DNA of 64,000 bases from Phycisphaerales bacterium (GCA_965227775.1 OZ245777.1:1632001-1696000); one strand, 5' to 3'. Positions 19,136 through 29,810 are shown, counted from the stretch's first letter. Made by a program: numbers and translations. The notes: generated by a model not told the origin, from the sequence alone.

Positions 19136-19888
19136 ATGCGCTCCATGCTTGCCCCGCTTGCCTGTGCTTCCGTGCTTGTGAGCGCCACCCTCGCCGACGA
19201 GACCGGCTTCGACGAGTTCGTGCCGGGGTTCCTCGGCTTGTCGTTCGAGTCCGGCGGCATCACGTTCTCGAACAACATCCAATTCCGCGGCGAGGACCCG
19301 GTGGAGTTCGCCGCGACTAACAGCACGGGCACGTTCACGGGCGATCCGGCGTTCAGCCCCGAGAACACCATGAACTCGGGGCTATGGACCACGGGCACGT
19401 TCGCCTGGCTCGTGCGCAGCCACCAGTGGCTCGCGACGACTGGCGAGATGGCCAACCACGCCTCGGTCGAGCTGTGGTACAACTCGGGCGAGGACTGGGA
19501 CGGCATCGAGGTGTACCTCGAGGGTTTGGTGGGCGATGCCGTGGTCGTCAGCGACTCGTTCACGCACCGCGAGACGACCGCGAAGTACGAGCACGCGCGG
19601 CTGGAGATCGAGGGTGAGGCGTTCGAGCGCATCCGCTTCATCTGTCGCGGCGTGGGGCCGACGGGTGATCGCGACGGCATCCTGGCGTGCTTCGACAACG
19701 TCGTGATCGAGATGGCCTCGTGTTCGGCCGACTTTGATGGCGACGGCGAGCTGACCATCTTCGACTTCCTCGCCTTCCAGAACGCCTTCGACGCGATGGA
19801 TCCGCTGGCCGACTTCGATGGCGACGGCGAGTTCACCATCTTCGACTTCCTGGCGTTCCAGAACGCGTTCGATGCGGGGTGCGAGTAG
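19136..19888 (+). CDS. Secreted protein with C-terminal GC-type dockerin-like domain
   Basis: Signal peptide MRSMLAPLACASVLVSATLA; tandem ADFDGDGELTIFDFLAFQNAFDA repeat ending GCE. Confidence 0.85.
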   Translation: MRSMLAPLACASVLVSATLADETGFDEFVPGFLGLSFESGGITFSNNIQFRGEDPVEFAATNSTGTFTGDPAFSPENTMNSGLWTTGTFAWLVRSHQWLATTGEMANHASVELWYNSGEDWDGIEVYLEGLVGDAVVVSDSFTHRETTAKYEHARLEIEGEAFERIRFICRGVGPTGDRDGILACFDNVVIEMASCSADFDGDGELTIFDFLAFQNAFDAMDPLADFDGDGEFTIFDFLAFQNAFDAGCE

Positions 19889-19904
19889 CGCGCTGTCGAA
19901 CGCT

Positions 19905-20405
19905 CTATCCACGGTTTTGCTCCTCGCCGAGCTGCATCAGGAACTCCTTGCACGCGGGGAAGCGCAGTGTCGCCTCGGACATCATCGTGTCGTGCACGAT
20001 GAACCCAGCCTTCTCGAGCACGCGCACCGAGGCGGCGTTGGTTGTCGCAACGCGGGCCCAGAGCGGCCTGGCCTCCACCTCGTCGAGCAGCAATCCGAGC
20101 GCCGTCGAGGCGATGCCGCGCCCCCAGTACCGCTCACCCAGCCAATAGCCGACCGACGGGCGGCCATCGAGGGGGAAGCTGGAGATCGAACCGGCGACGT
20201 TTCCATCGCACTCGATCGTCCGGGCGACCACGTTGGAGTCATGGAGGACGCGTTGCCAGTGTTGCAGGAACTCTTCGTGGCTGCGCGGGTTCGCGACCGC
20301 CATCGCGTTGCCACTGGGCTCGCACTCAAAGTCGAAGAAGATCGGAAGATCGGTCGGCGTCACTGCCCGCAGCGTGATGGAAGGCAAAGGTCGGGGCGCG
20401 GCCAT
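19905..20405 (-). CDS. GNAT N-acetyltransferase (RimJ/RimL-like)
   Basis: ITLRAV, VGYWLG..YWGRGIAS, NAASVRVLEKAGF; GGAG SD before ATG 20405. Confidence 0.88.
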   Translation of the reverse strand: MAAPRPLPSITLRAVTPTDLPIFFDFECEPSGNAMAVANPRSHEEFLQHWQRVLHDSNVVARTIECDGNVAGSISSFPLDGRPSVGYWLGERYWGRGIASTALGLLLDEVEARPLWARVATTNAASVRVLEKAGFIVHDTMMSEATLRFPACKEFLMQLGEEQNRG

Positions 20406-20445
20406 CTTGTTCTCCACCGTGTGGGCGGTCCGGAGCCCCATCTTA

Positions 20446-21576
20446 TCATGGCGTCATTGGATTTCGCCGTGCTTCACGACCGCTGACCGGATTCACCCGC
20501 GCAAATGTCCCATCCTCGAACACCACGCGATAGTCCGCGTTGTGCCGCGCATCGGGCGTCGGGTAGTCGGTGGTGATGACCTGGACGCCGCTAGCCATCG
20601 CGGCCTCGAAGCGGCTGCGGTCGTTTGAACGCATCTCGTGCGTGCCGGCGTCGGCGCGGGTGCGGACGATGTGGCCGGCCTGGACGAGCCGGGCGATCCG
20701 CGCTTGGTTGCGCTTCGGGTCGTTGATGACGTGGAATACCCCGTACGGTGAGCCCTCGGGCCCGCTCGTGAACATGGGCCGGCCGGCCATCGGCTCGTTC
20801 TGGTCGACGTACATGTTGCGGATAGCGCCGCCGTGATCGACAACGAACAGGAAGCGTCCTCGCACCTCATCAACGGCCGGCCAGCCGTCGTGCTCGATTG
20901 CATCGACCAGTGTGGAACGCTCGCCGCGCACGAGGTCGGGCGTGATGAGAAGATCGACGCCGAGCGTTTCGACCAGCACGCGGTCGAGCTCTCGCATCGC
21001 GGGCGTGTCCCACTCGATCGCGTCGATGCCCCCGGGCCCCGGTGAGCCGCCGCCCTTGAGGTTCATGGTGACGAACACCGGCAGATGGCCGGGGTTGGCC
21101 ATCGACCAGGCACGCATCTGCCCGAGCGTGCGCTCGAACGAGAGCTCGTGGCTGCGATAGTCGAAGTTGCAGTCGTGCATCACCTTGAAGCCCGGCTCGT
21201 CCATCACGCCATCGACGTTGAATGGCAACGCCTGCACGCCGACGCCCTTCAGGATGATGTGGCCGAGCGGCCGGCGGTAGTGCCCGCCCTCGGGGTCGTT
21301 GTAGATGTCCAGCTCAAGATTGCGCACACCAATGTCGAGCTGCTCTGGGATGGGCGGGTGCGCGTAATCCCAATTGGCGGCGTCCTCCCGGTGGGCGATC
21401 ATGATCTCGAAGAGCTCGGGCTGGATGGCCTGCTTGTAGCTGTTGTGCGTGCCGATGACCTGGACCTGGTTCAGCCGCAGCTGCCCAAGGCCGGGATGGT
21501 CTCGCGTTGGCTCGGCTGGCGCGGCTTGCAACAACGCAGCAATCAGGGTTACGAGTGTCACGATCGTGGCGGGCAT
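20446..21576 (-). CDS. Secreted PI-PLC X-domain-like (Ca-dependent phosphoinositide phospholipase C family) protein
   Basis: Signal peptide; QVIGTHNSYK, QLDIGVRNLELD, GFKVMH, PGHLPV, RTRAD, ITTDY. Confidence 0.8.
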   Translation of the reverse strand: MPATIVTLVTLIAALLQAAPAEPTRDHPGLGQLRLNQVQVIGTHNSYKQAIQPELFEIMIAHREDAANWDYAHPPIPEQLDIGVRNLELDIYNDPEGGHYRRPLGHIILKGVGVQALPFNVDGVMDEPGFKVMHDCNFDYRSHELSFERTLGQMRAWSMANPGHLPVFVTMNLKGGGSPGPGGIDAIEWDTPAMRELDRVLVETLGVDLLITPDLVRGERSTLVDAIEHDGWPAVDEVRGRFLFVVDHGGAIRNMYVDQNEPMAGRPMFTSGPEGSPYGVFHVINDPKRNQARIARLVQAGHIVRTRADAGTHEMRSNDRSRFEAAMASGVQVITTDYPTPDARHNADYRVVFEDGTFARVNPVSGREARRNPMTP

Positions 21577-21697
21577 GGGGCACCTCGTCTGGTTCGGTGC
21601 TCCAAGTGTTGGCGACGCGGGCGGAGCCGTCCGAGCCGGACGGTCGCGCTTGCGCACTCTTGATATACTGGCGTCGCGAACAACGAGGAGAACCAGC

Positions 21698-21895
21698 ATG
21701 GCCCGACGCATCACCCTCAACGCCACCGGCCCCATCCGCATCGATCCGCAGGACAAGCCAGTCTTCGTCTGCGGCTGCGGCCTGACGAACAACTACCCCT
21801 TCTGCGACGGCACCCACAAGACCTGCAAGGACGAAGAAGAAGGCAAGGTGTACGAGTACGACGAGCAGGGACATCGGCGCGAAGTCGAAGGTTGA
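21698..21895 (+). CDS. CDGSH iron-sulfur domain protein
   Basis: GAGGAG SD; CGCGLT.NYPFCDGTH motif. Confidence 0.9.
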   Translation: MARRITLNATGPIRIDPQDKPVFVCGCGLTNNYPFCDGTHKTCKDEEEGKVYEYDEQGHRREVEG

Positions 21896-21906
21896 GTACG
21901 TAAAGA

Positions 21907-21933
21907 GAAAGCGGCCCGAATGGGGCCGCTTTC
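21907..21933. terminator. Bidirectional intrinsic terminator
   Basis: GAAAGCGGCCC-GAATG-GGGCCGCTTTC between convergent CDGSH gene and dnaK. Confidence 0.8.
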
Positions 21934-21971
21934 GTCTCTCCTAATCCACAGCCTCGTGTTCGGGCTAAGGC

Positions 21972-23882
21972 CTACTTGTCCTCGTCCTTCACCTTGAACT
22001 CCGCATCGATCACGTCGTCGTCGTTCTCGGCGGCGTCCTTGGGCTCGGCCTGGCTGGCGGCGCCGGCGTCTCCGCCAGCGGCGCCCTGGGCCTCGTAGAT
22101 CGCCTTGCCGAGTTCCATCGCGACGGTCTCGAGCTGCTTGCTCGCGGCCTCGATGGCATCCTTGTCGTCGGTCTTGAGCTTCTCTTCGAGGTTGGAGATA
22201 GCGCTCTCGATGTTGCCGCGGATGTCGCTGCTGACCTTCTCGCCGTGCTCTTCGAGCTGCTGGCGGATCTGGTGCACCATCTGATCACCGCGATTCTTGG
22301 TCTCAACGAGCTCGCGACGCTTCTTGTCTTCCTCGGCGTGCATCTCGGCATCGCGCTTCATCTTGTCGATCTCCTCCTCGGACAGGCCGCCCGAGTTGGT
22401 GATCTTGATGTCGGCGCTCTTGCCAGTCTTCTTCTCGGTCGCGGTGACCTGAAGAATGCCGTTCGCGTCAATGTTGAACTCGACCTCGATCTGCGGCATG
22501 CCGCGCGGCGCGGGCGGGATGCCCTCGAGGTCGAACTGGCCGAGCAGGCGGTTGTCGGCGGCCATCTTGCGCTCACCCTGGCTGACCTTGATGGTCACGC
22601 TGGGCTGGTTGTCGGTGGCCGTCGAGAAGGTCTCGCTCTTCTTGGTGGGGATGGTCGTGTTGCGCTCGATGAGCGTGGTCATCACGCCGCCCATGGTCTC
22701 GACGCCCAGGCTCAGCGGCGTGACGTCCAGCAGCAGCACGTCCTTCACGTCGCCCTTGAGCACGCCGCCCTGAACGGCCGCGCCGATCGCGACCACCTCG
22801 TCGGGGTTCACGCTCTTGTTGGGCTCCTTGCCGAAGATCTCCTTGGCGATCTCCTGGACCTTGGGCATGCGCGTCGAGCCGCCCACCAGAACGATCTCGT
22901 CGATCTTGCTCGCGTCGAGCTTCGCGTCCTTGATCGCCGCCAGGCACGGCTCGCGGAGCCGCTTGTAGAGGTCCTCGCACAGGCTCTCGAACTTGCTGCG
23001 CGTGATGGTGATCTGCAGGTGCTTGGGGCCCGTATCGGTTGCCGTGATGAACGGCAGGTTGATGGTCGTCTCCTGCATGGTGGAGAGCTCAACCTTTGCT
23101 TTCTCGGCGGCTTCTTTCAGGCGCTGCAGGGCCATCGCGTCGTCACGGACATCCACACCTTCCTGACGCTTGAACTCGTCGGCCAGGTGGTTGATCAGTC
23201 GCTGGTCCCAGTCGTCGCCGCCCAGGTGGGTGTCGCCGTTGGTGCTCAAGACCTCGAACACGCCGTCGGCGACGTCGAGGATCGAGATGTCGAACGTACC
23301 GCCACCAAGGTCGAACACGGCGACCTTCTCGTTCTTCTTGCGGTCGAGGCCGTACGCGAGCGCGGCGGCGGTCGGCTCGTTGATGATGCGCTTGACCGTG
23401 AGGCCCGCGATCTCGCCGGCGTCCTTGGTCGCCTGCCGCTGGCTGTCGTTGAAGTACGCTGGCACGGTGATGACCGCTTCGGTCACCAGCTCGCCCAGGT
23501 AATCCTCGGCGACCTTCTTGAGCTCTTGCAGGATGAACGCCGAGATCTGTTGGGGCGTGTAGCTCTCGCCTCGGACCGTCACATTCACGAACTCGTCCGG
23601 TCCGCCCGTGACCTCGTAGGGCACGTTCTTCTCTTCGCTGGCGACTTCCTTGTGGCGGCGGCCCATGAAGCGCTTGATCGAGTAGACGGTGTTCTTGGGG
23701 TTGGTCACCTGCTGGTGCTTGGCCTGCTGGCCCACCAGACGCTCGCCCTTATCGGTGAACGCGACGACCGATGGGGTCGTGCGGTTGCCCGAGGCATTGA
23801 TGAGGACCTTGGCCTCGCTGCCTTCCATAACGGCCACGACCGAGTTGGTCGTGCCCAGATCGATGCCGATGATTTTTGACAT
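21972..23882 (-). CDS. dnaK: Chaperone DnaK (Hsp70)
   Basis: [70 protein letters not shown]. Confidence 0.98.
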   Translation of the reverse strand: MSKIIGIDLGTTNSVVAVMEGSEAKVLINASGNRTTPSVVAFTDKGERLVGQQAKHQQVTNPKNTVYSIKRFMGRRHKEVASEEKNVPYEVTGGPDEFVNVTVRGESYTPQQISAFILQELKKVAEDYLGELVTEAVITVPAYFNDSQRQATKDAGEIAGLTVKRIINEPTAAALAYGLDRKKNEKVAVFDLGGGTFDISILDVADGVFEVLSTNGDTHLGGDDWDQRLINHLADEFKRQEGVDVRDDAMALQRLKEAAEKAKVELSTMQETTINLPFITATDTGPKHLQITITRSKFESLCEDLYKRLREPCLAAIKDAKLDASKIDEIVLVGGSTRMPKVQEIAKEIFGKEPNKSVNPDEVVAIGAAVQGGVLKGDVKDVLLLDVTPLSLGVETMGGVMTTLIERNTTIPTKKSETFSTATDNQPSVTIKVSQGERKMAADNRLLGQFDLEGIPPAPRGMPQIEVEFNIDANGILQVTATEKKTGKSADIKITNSGGLSEEEIDKMKRDAEMHAEEDKKRRELVETKNRGDQMVHQIRQQLEEHGEKVSSDIRGNIESAISNLEEKLKTDDKDAIEAASKQLETVAMELGKAIYEAQGAAGGDAGAASQAEPKDAAENDDDVIDAEFKVKDEDK

Positions 23883-23981
23883 AGTGGCCTCCTTTTCGGG
23901 CGGCCGGGCCGCCTGCGTCGAGGTCAGTTGCAAGGGCGATGCCAAGCGCCCGGGAGCACCCGGAACGGGCTTCAGAGGCTC

Positions 23982-24230
23982 TCAAGGGGCCGGATCAAGC
24001 CTGGATTCCTGCCCATCGGCTGGGGTGGGCATGGGTTCTGCCGAAGTGGCAGGCGCCTGTGGGGTGTGCCGCAGCGGGCCCAGGGCGTCGATGCCGAAGC
24101 AGCCGCGCAGCACGAGCAGGCTGCACAAGAACAGCCAGAGCCCAAAGAAGACCCCGCACCCCACGCTGGGCGGGTTCATCGCTTCGATGCGCTTGCGGAT
24201 CTTTTTCAGTTCTTCGGCTTCACTAGCCAT
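23982..24230 (-). CDS. Small hypothetical membrane protein
   Basis: 82-aa ORF with one hydrophobic segment, 3 nt downstream of preceding gene. Confidence 0.45.
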   Translation of the reverse strand: MASEAEELKKIRKRIEAMNPPSVGCGVFFGLWLFLCSLLVLRGCFGIDALGPLRHTPQAPATSAEPMPTPADGQESRLDPAP

Positions 24231-24233
24231 CAG

Positions 24234-25679
24234 TCACGGGCCTCCGGGTGGAGCGGGTAGCGGTGCACCGTCGGCGGCGGTCCATGGGCCGGTGCCCGAC
24301 ATGAGCGTCTGGAAGTCGGGTAGCGGCGGCAAGCCCGAGTTCGCGCGAAGTTGGTTCTGCTGGTCGATCTCGAATGTGCTTCCGGTGGCCGTGTCAAACA
24401 TCGACGCGCCGTCGAGGTGGACCGCATCGGCGATGGTGTCGCCGGGCGTGTTGGGAAGCTCGATCATGATCCAGAGCGCCGGGTCGTCCGAGGGAGCGAT
24501 GCCATGATGAGTGAACACGATGCGACCGATGCGGTGCGCCGTGACGTCCGCCGGCCAGGTTGACGTAATAGCCTGCAACTCGGCACGCCGTTTCGGTTCG
24601 CTCATGGAGCTCAGGGTGCTGGCGAATTCGTTGCCGATTGGTATGTCGAACGTGGTGCTATCTTCGAACACGAAGTACGGAACCATCGAGTTCTGGCCGA
24701 GCAGGCTCGCGCCGTGCAGCGGCGGCGAGGCCGCTTTGACGCGCGTTCGCAGCTCGTTGGCGAGCAAGACCGACTCGAAGTCGAGCTGGCTCTGCGCCGC
24801 CCAGGTCTGTTGGAAGCTCGACATCGATTGCGCCGAGTACGCGACGCCGACGATCATGGCGATGTAGAGCCCAACCACCGAGAGCGATACGAGCACCGGC
24901 GGGATCAGTGTCGCGACAATGGCCGCCCAGATCTTGCACCCGTGCGCGCCCCGCACAGCCGCGGGCGCGCACGCGGACCAGGCCACAAACCCGACCGGGG
25001 GGCCTAGGCACGGCAGCAGCGTAAACAGCCACGAGCCGCTGGTGAACGCGATCGCTTGGTAGGTGCGGCCAATGCCGTCGGGCGTGGGCTGCCGGCACAG
25101 CTTGAGCACGGCGTGCGTGATCAACGTCCAGAAGCCCATGTACACCAGCGGGCCGATGATCAGCGCGCCGGCGATCGTCAGGAAGGCGACGGCCCCGCTT
25201 CCACCACCGCTGAACGACATGAGCAGCGCCATCGCGATGCCAAACAGGCCGGCGGCGAAGAAGTTGAGCAGGGCGAACGAGGTCGCACGGCTGGAGCTGC
25301 CGAACGCCGGCGTGGCCTCGAGCAGCCTGCCGGGCTGTCCGATGCCAGCGCCGATCGTCGAGAACCAGCGGATCTTTCGGTTTGAATCCAGCCACGGGTT
25401 CCGGCTCTGCGTCGGCACCCGCGTGCCCAGCGCGTCGGCGGGCAGCAGCAGCATCTCGTCGATCGTCACGCGCTTGCCGCACGAAACGCAATCGAATTCC
25501 GCGGGCTCGAGCATCCCATGCTCGCTCGTGCCGTAGTAGGTCTGCGAGCAGTGGGGGCAGCAGAACTTCACCGCATTAGGCAGCAGGTCGAACTCGCTGG
25601 GCTTGAACGGCCGCCCGCACTCGGGGCACGGCCCGGCCTTCAGGTTCCACAGCTCATAGTCGCAGCCCGGGCACTTCAT
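24234..25679 (-). CDS. Hypothetical membrane protein with N-terminal double zinc ribbon and Yip1-like TM block
   Basis: CPGC..CPEC..CPHC..CVSC motifs then ~5 TM helices. Confidence 0.75.
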   Translation of the reverse strand: MKCPGCDYELWNLKAGPCPECGRPFKPSEFDLLPNAVKFCCPHCSQTYYGTSEHGMLEPAEFDCVSCGKRVTIDEMLLLPADALGTRVPTQSRNPWLDSNRKIRWFSTIGAGIGQPGRLLEATPAFGSSSRATSFALLNFFAAGLFGIAMALLMSFSGGGSGAVAFLTIAGALIIGPLVYMGFWTLITHAVLKLCRQPTPDGIGRTYQAIAFTSGSWLFTLLPCLGPPVGFVAWSACAPAAVRGAHGCKIWAAIVATLIPPVLVSLSVVGLYIAMIVGVAYSAQSMSSFQQTWAAQSQLDFESVLLANELRTRVKAASPPLHGASLLGQNSMVPYFVFEDSTTFDIPIGNEFASTLSSMSEPKRRAELQAITSTWPADVTAHRIGRIVFTHHGIAPSDDPALWIMIELPNTPGDTIADAVHLDGASMFDTATGSTFEIDQQNQLRANSGLPPLPDFQTLMSGTGPWTAADGAPLPAPPGGP

Positions 25680-25682
25680 GGG

Positions 25683-26273
25683 TCAGGCGGCGCCCCACGA
25701 CTCGACTTCTCTTCGGATGGCGCCGCGCGAGTACCAAAACAGCAGAAAACCCGGCCACGCCAGCGAGATGACGACGGTCAGGATCATCACGATCGCGGAG
25801 AAGCCCTGGCCCGCCATCGCAGGTGGCGCCGCTTGGCCCGACTGCTGCATTTGCTGCATCTGCTGCTGGAAGCTGAGGTACTGGTAGATGCCGCTTGGGA
25901 TCACGAGCAGCACCGCGTACACAACGAAGATGACCACCCACTTGCGCGCGCTCGGCTTGCGGCGCAGGGTCTGGATGCCGGCCACCAGATGCACAATCGA
26001 GATCGGGAGCCCCACGATCGAGAGCAGAAGGCCCATGACCCAGAACGTTCCGGTCTGCTGCAACTCGGGTGGCATCGGTAGAGCGGGCATGATCGCCATC
26101 ATGATCGTGCCGGCAATCCGCTGCAGGAGCCCCAAGCCGCCGAAGATGCAAAGCAGCGTGCCGATGACGTTCGGCCAGCTCGAGCGGTAGCCGGGGACGA
26201 CCCCGGGCTGGGTCGGCGGGGCGACCGATGGGGGTGCGTCGCTGTGCTCGGGGATCGGGGGTGGCTGGTCCAT
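25683..26273 (-). CDS. Hypothetical membrane protein (4 TM)
   Basis: Pro-rich N-terminus, four hydrophobic helices; apparent operon with downstream gene. Confidence 0.75.
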   Translation of the reverse strand: MDQPPPIPEHSDAPPSVAPPTQPGVVPGYRSSWPNVIGTLLCIFGGLGLLQRIAGTIMMAIMPALPMPPELQQTGTFWVMGLLLSIVGLPISIVHLVAGIQTLRRKPSARKWVVIFVVYAVLLVIPSGIYQYLSFQQQMQQMQQSGQAAPPAMAGQGFSAIVMILTVVISLAWPGFLLFWYSRGAIRREVESWGAA

Positions 26274-26354
26274 GACGTTGCCCTCGTGCGCGACCGGTGG
26301 CCTGGAGACAGTGCAGGATACCACCGAAGGCCCAAGGGCGAGCCGCAGGTTCGG

Positions 26355-26678
26355 TCAGGGCGTCGCAGCCGGAGAAGCAACCTTATCCAAACGCTCCGCA
26401 TGCACGATGCGGACCACGCGGAGCGCTCGGCACTGGCGGCACCAGCCGAGCGTGGCCTTTCGCGCGTGCCGATTGCCGCCCAGGCGGATCCCGCCGACGC
26501 TCGCCAGCGTCCGGGTCCGGCCGCACGCGGAGCAGCACGCGTACCAGCCCGGAGCCAGATTCTCTGGGAGATCCGGGGGAGGGGCGGTCTCGAGGGCTCT
26601 GCGGACGCGCGGCCATGCCAGGCCGGCGAAGGCCAAGCCCGTAGTAAAAGCCAGGATGATCCACATCCACGGAGCCAT
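26355..26678 (-). CDS. Small membrane-anchored CxxC...CxxC protein
   Basis: N-terminal TM, CSAC and CRQC motifs; TATCCT 6 nt upstream of ATG. Confidence 0.6.
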   Translation of the reverse strand: MAPWMWIILAFTTGLAFAGLAWPRVRRALETAPPPDLPENLAPGWYACCSACGRTRTLASVGGIRLGGNRHARKATLGWCRQCRALRVVRIVHAERLDKVASPAATP

Positions 26679-26808
26679 CGCACCAGGATACTCGGAAACC
26701 GGCCTCCTGCGTTGCAATCCATGATCTGCCCTTGATTATCGATCGTCAGCCATTTGTCGAATTTTCAAGAATCTTTGAAAATTACAGCCTGGGAACATAT
26801 CCTTCATC

Positions 26809-28119
26809 ATGACAACCGCCGTTGCCGCACCGCAGCCACTCATCGCCGGCCGAGACGCCCGACTCGATGCCATCCGCACCAGGGTCGAGGCCGGCCGGCG
26901 CCTCTCGCTCGATGACGGGATGGTGCTTTATGAAACCGAGGATGTCTGGGGCGTCATCGCGCTTGCCGACCTTGTCCGCCGGCGCATCCACGGCGATGCG
27001 GCGTACTACAACATCAACCGCCACATGAACTACAGCAACGTGTGCGCGCTCTCGTGCAAATTCTGCGAGTTCTATCGCAAGAAGGGCGACGATGGCGCAT
27101 ACACGCGCGACATGGACTACATCCGCAACCAGGCGCTCGAAGCCGTCGAGAACGGCGCCACCGAGATGCACATCGTCGGCGGGCTGCATCCGTACCTGCC
27201 GTGGGACTACTACCCCGAGATGATGCGGACCATCAAGCAAGCCGCACCCAACCTTCACATCAAGGCGCTGACGGCCGTCGAGATCGTGCACCTCGCCAAG
27301 ATCGCCAAGAAGTACAAGCGAACCGATCGGCAAGCCGGCATCCGCTGGGTGCTCAGCGAGCTCAAGGCGGCCGGCCTCGACTCGCTGCCCGGTGGTGGCG
27401 CCGAGGTCTTCGACGACCGCGTGCATGACGAGGCATACAAGGGCAAGATCCGCAGCGATGAGTGGCTCGACGTGCACCTCGTCGCCCACGAGCTCGGGCT
27501 CAACACCAACGCGACGATTTTGTACGGCCATATAGATCAGCGCCGTGAGCGTCTGGTGCACATGGAGATCCTGCGTCGCGCGCAGGACCAGGCACTCGCG
27601 CGGTTGGGATACGAGGGGGTTGATGGCTTCATCGAGCCAGGCCTGGCGGCGACCGAGGGGGTGACCGCGCCGGTCATTACACTGAATCGCGAGGGCGTGC
27701 CCCAGCCGACCCCCGACATGGCCCAGAGCGAGGCGGGCTATTTCCAGACCATCATCCCCTTGCCGTTCTTCCCCGACGGCAGCGAGATGGAGCACCTCTA
27801 CGGGCCGACCGGCCTGGAGAACCTGCGCACCATCGCAATCGCTCGCCTGATGCTCGACAACTTCCCGCACGTCAAGGCGTTCTGGATCATGCAGACCCTC
27901 AGCATGGCCCAACTCATGCTTGAGGCCGGCGCCGACGACATCGACGGTACCGTCGTCTGGTACGACATCACCAAGGTCGGAGGCTCGACGACGCACCAGG
28001 AGACGACGGTGCTCGACTTGCAGCGGTCCATCCGCGAGGCGGGGTTCACGCCCGTGGAGCGCGACACGCTGTATCGTCGAGTGGAGCGTGATGGAAAAGA
28101 GTGGCGCGTGGTGGGGTGA
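26809..28119 (+). CDS. mqnE: Radical SAM enzyme, aminofutalosine synthase (MqnE/CofH family)
   Basis: NYSNVCALSCKFC.F, HIKALTAVEI, SLPGGGAE, NATILYGH, DNFPHVKAFW, GADDIDGTV, PVERDTLY. Confidence 0.85.
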   Translation: MTTAVAAPQPLIAGRDARLDAIRTRVEAGRRLSLDDGMVLYETEDVWGVIALADLVRRRIHGDAAYYNINRHMNYSNVCALSCKFCEFYRKKGDDGAYTRDMDYIRNQALEAVENGATEMHIVGGLHPYLPWDYYPEMMRTIKQAAPNLHIKALTAVEIVHLAKIAKKYKRTDRQAGIRWVLSELKAAGLDSLPGGGAEVFDDRVHDEAYKGKIRSDEWLDVHLVAHELGLNTNATILYGHIDQRRERLVHMEILRRAQDQALARLGYEGVDGFIEPGLAATEGVTAPVITLNREGVPQPTPDMAQSEAGYFQTIIPLPFFPDGSEMEHLYGPTGLENLRTIAIARLMLDNFPHVKAFWIMQTLSMAQLMLEAGADDIDGTVVWYDITKVGGSTTHQETTVLDLQRSIREAGFTPVERDTLYRRVERDGKEWRVVG

Positions 28120-28733
28120 ACACGGCTGACTCGAGGTCGAGCCTGATCGCGCTTCGGCGTCTGGAAGCCGCTCGCTTCCTGATCCTGCGAGTTCCCCTCA
28201 CGTTCCTTGTCGGGTTTTCAACTCTCTTGATCGACTACGCGATCACACGGGCGCTCGGCCCTTTCCTCTTCCTTCCGGTCACGTTGTTCATGACTCCCGT
28301 CGCCAGCGCGTGCATGTTCGCTGTCCACGCGCCAGCCGCGCTCAGGTTGCTCGCCCCACATCGGCGGCACCACGACCAGTGGCTCCATGCCTTCGGTTGG
28401 AGCTTCATCGTGTGGTGCCCAATGCTCTACTTCATCTTCTTCTTTGATGTCGTGGGAGTCATCCCAGCGCTGCTCTGTACGTTCGTCCTGGGCGCGTGCA
28501 GCGGGCGTTTGGCGTGGGCTCTCGCGCCGGTCCCACTGGCATTTCTTGGATGGCTGATCACGCCGTCGCTTCCAAGCTCGTCGAGCCACGTTGGTTCTGA
28601 ATTCAACCACATCATCGCTGCTGCAACTTCTTGGAACGTGCTGATGGCGGCATGGGCCGGGCTGGTTGGCATGGTCTTGCCCTCTCGTGCGCCCGATCGC
28701 GGAGAGCCGGAGATGCAAGGCTCAGACCAATAA
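28116..28733 (+). CDS. Hypothetical integral membrane protein
   Basis: Highly hydrophobic ORF, GTGA overlap with mqnE. Confidence 0.65.
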   Translation: MNTADSRSSLIALRRLEAARFLILRVPLTFLVGFSTLLIDYAITRALGPFLFLPVTLFMTPVASACMFAVHAPAALRLLAPHRRHHDQWLHAFGWSFIVWCPMLYFIFFFDVVGVIPALLCTFVLGACSGRLAWALAPVPLAFLGWLITPSLPSSSSHVGSEFNHIIAAATSWNVLMAAWAGLVGMVLPSRAPDRGEPEMQGSDQ

Positions 28734-28903
28734 GCGGCCGCCGCCAAACACCCACCCATCCCACCGTCAAGATTGCGTGAAGCCAGAGTTGGGGTGCTCG
28801 AATGAGCTATGCCATGGCGGCTACGATTGCGCAAAGATTGCGCGTCGATCAGTGTGGGTCGCTCGCACTCGATTTGTTCCAACCCGTTCTGGGAGAGATG
28901 GTT

Positions 28904-29731
28904 ATGAAGATCGCTGCCACCTTCGTGGCCGTGGCTGCCGCAGCCACCGCATTTGCTCCGTTCGCGCACGCCCAAGACGAGGTCGCCTACTGGTCGTTCA
29001 ACCAGCAGGCCCTGCCCGGCGGTGGCTTCGGCTATCTCGCCGGCTCGTTCCCCTTCCCGGCTGAGTTTGGTGATCAGGCCGGCACGGCCACGATCAACGT
29101 CAGCGGCGGCATCACCGACGAGCTCACCACCACCAGCGGTGGCGACGAGGTCTTTGAGTGGATCGAGTCGTTCAGCGGCACCGACATCGGCGCCGAGTTC
29201 GGCGAAGGCAGCGGCGGGTCGCTGGCCGTCCAGGGCGGCACCGACACGCTCAACAACGGCAGCCAGATCACCGTGAGCTTCGACGGCACGGGCCTCGATG
29301 ATCTCGAACTCTACTTCGCCGCCCGCCGCACGGGTTCGGGCTTCGCAAGCATTACCATCGAGCTCTTCGATGGCGATGCGCTCGTTTCCGAGGTCGTGAG
29401 TGCCTTCGACGTGGGCTCGGACTTCGCGCTGCAGTTCTTCGCGATCGATGACCTCGACGGCGTTGAGGATGCACGCGTCGTCGTCACGCTCGATGGCGCA
29501 ACCGGCTCGACCGGTAACATCCGCACCGACAACTGGCTCATCGAGGGCGACACCGCCACCGGCGGCTGCCGCGCCGATCTTGACGGTGACGGTGAGCTGA
29601 CCATCTTCGACTTCCTGCAGTTCCAGAATCTGTTCGACACCGGCGATCTGGCCGCCGACTTCGACGGCGACGGCGAGTTGACTCTCTTCGACTTCCTCGC
29701 ATTCCAGAACGAGTTCGACGCGGGCTGCTAA
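28904..29731 (+). CDS. Secreted protein with C-terminal GC-type dockerin-like domain
   Basis: Signal peptide MKIAATFVAVAAAATAFAPFAHA; CRADLDGDGELTIFDFL...ADFDGDGELTLFDFLAFQNEFDAGC. Confidence 0.88.
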   Translation: MKIAATFVAVAAAATAFAPFAHAQDEVAYWSFNQQALPGGGFGYLAGSFPFPAEFGDQAGTATINVSGGITDELTTTSGGDEVFEWIESFSGTDIGAEFGEGSGGSLAVQGGTDTLNNGSQITVSFDGTGLDDLELYFAARRTGSGFASITIELFDGDALVSEVVSAFDVGSDFALQFFAIDDLDGVEDARVVVTLDGATGSTGNIRTDNWLIEGDTATGGCRADLDGDGELTIFDFLQFQNLFDTGDLAADFDGDGELTLFDFLAFQNEFDAGC

Positions 29732-29756
29732 GCGACTCAACGATCGACTACCCACG

Positions 29757-29794
29757 CACCGGCTCCGCGGCGACGCGGGGCCGGTGTTCGTTTT
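29757..29794 (+). terminator. Intrinsic terminator
   Basis: CACCGGCTCCGCG-GCGA-CGCGGGGCCGGTG then TTCGTTTT. Confidence 0.7.
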
Positions 29795-29810
29795 GGGCCA
29801 AGAATGGGCC

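Noticed and set aside
22245..23879. 544-aa ORF antisense to dnaK
   Set aside because: Well-known shadow ORF produced by codon bias opposite hsp70 genes; no independent evidence of coding
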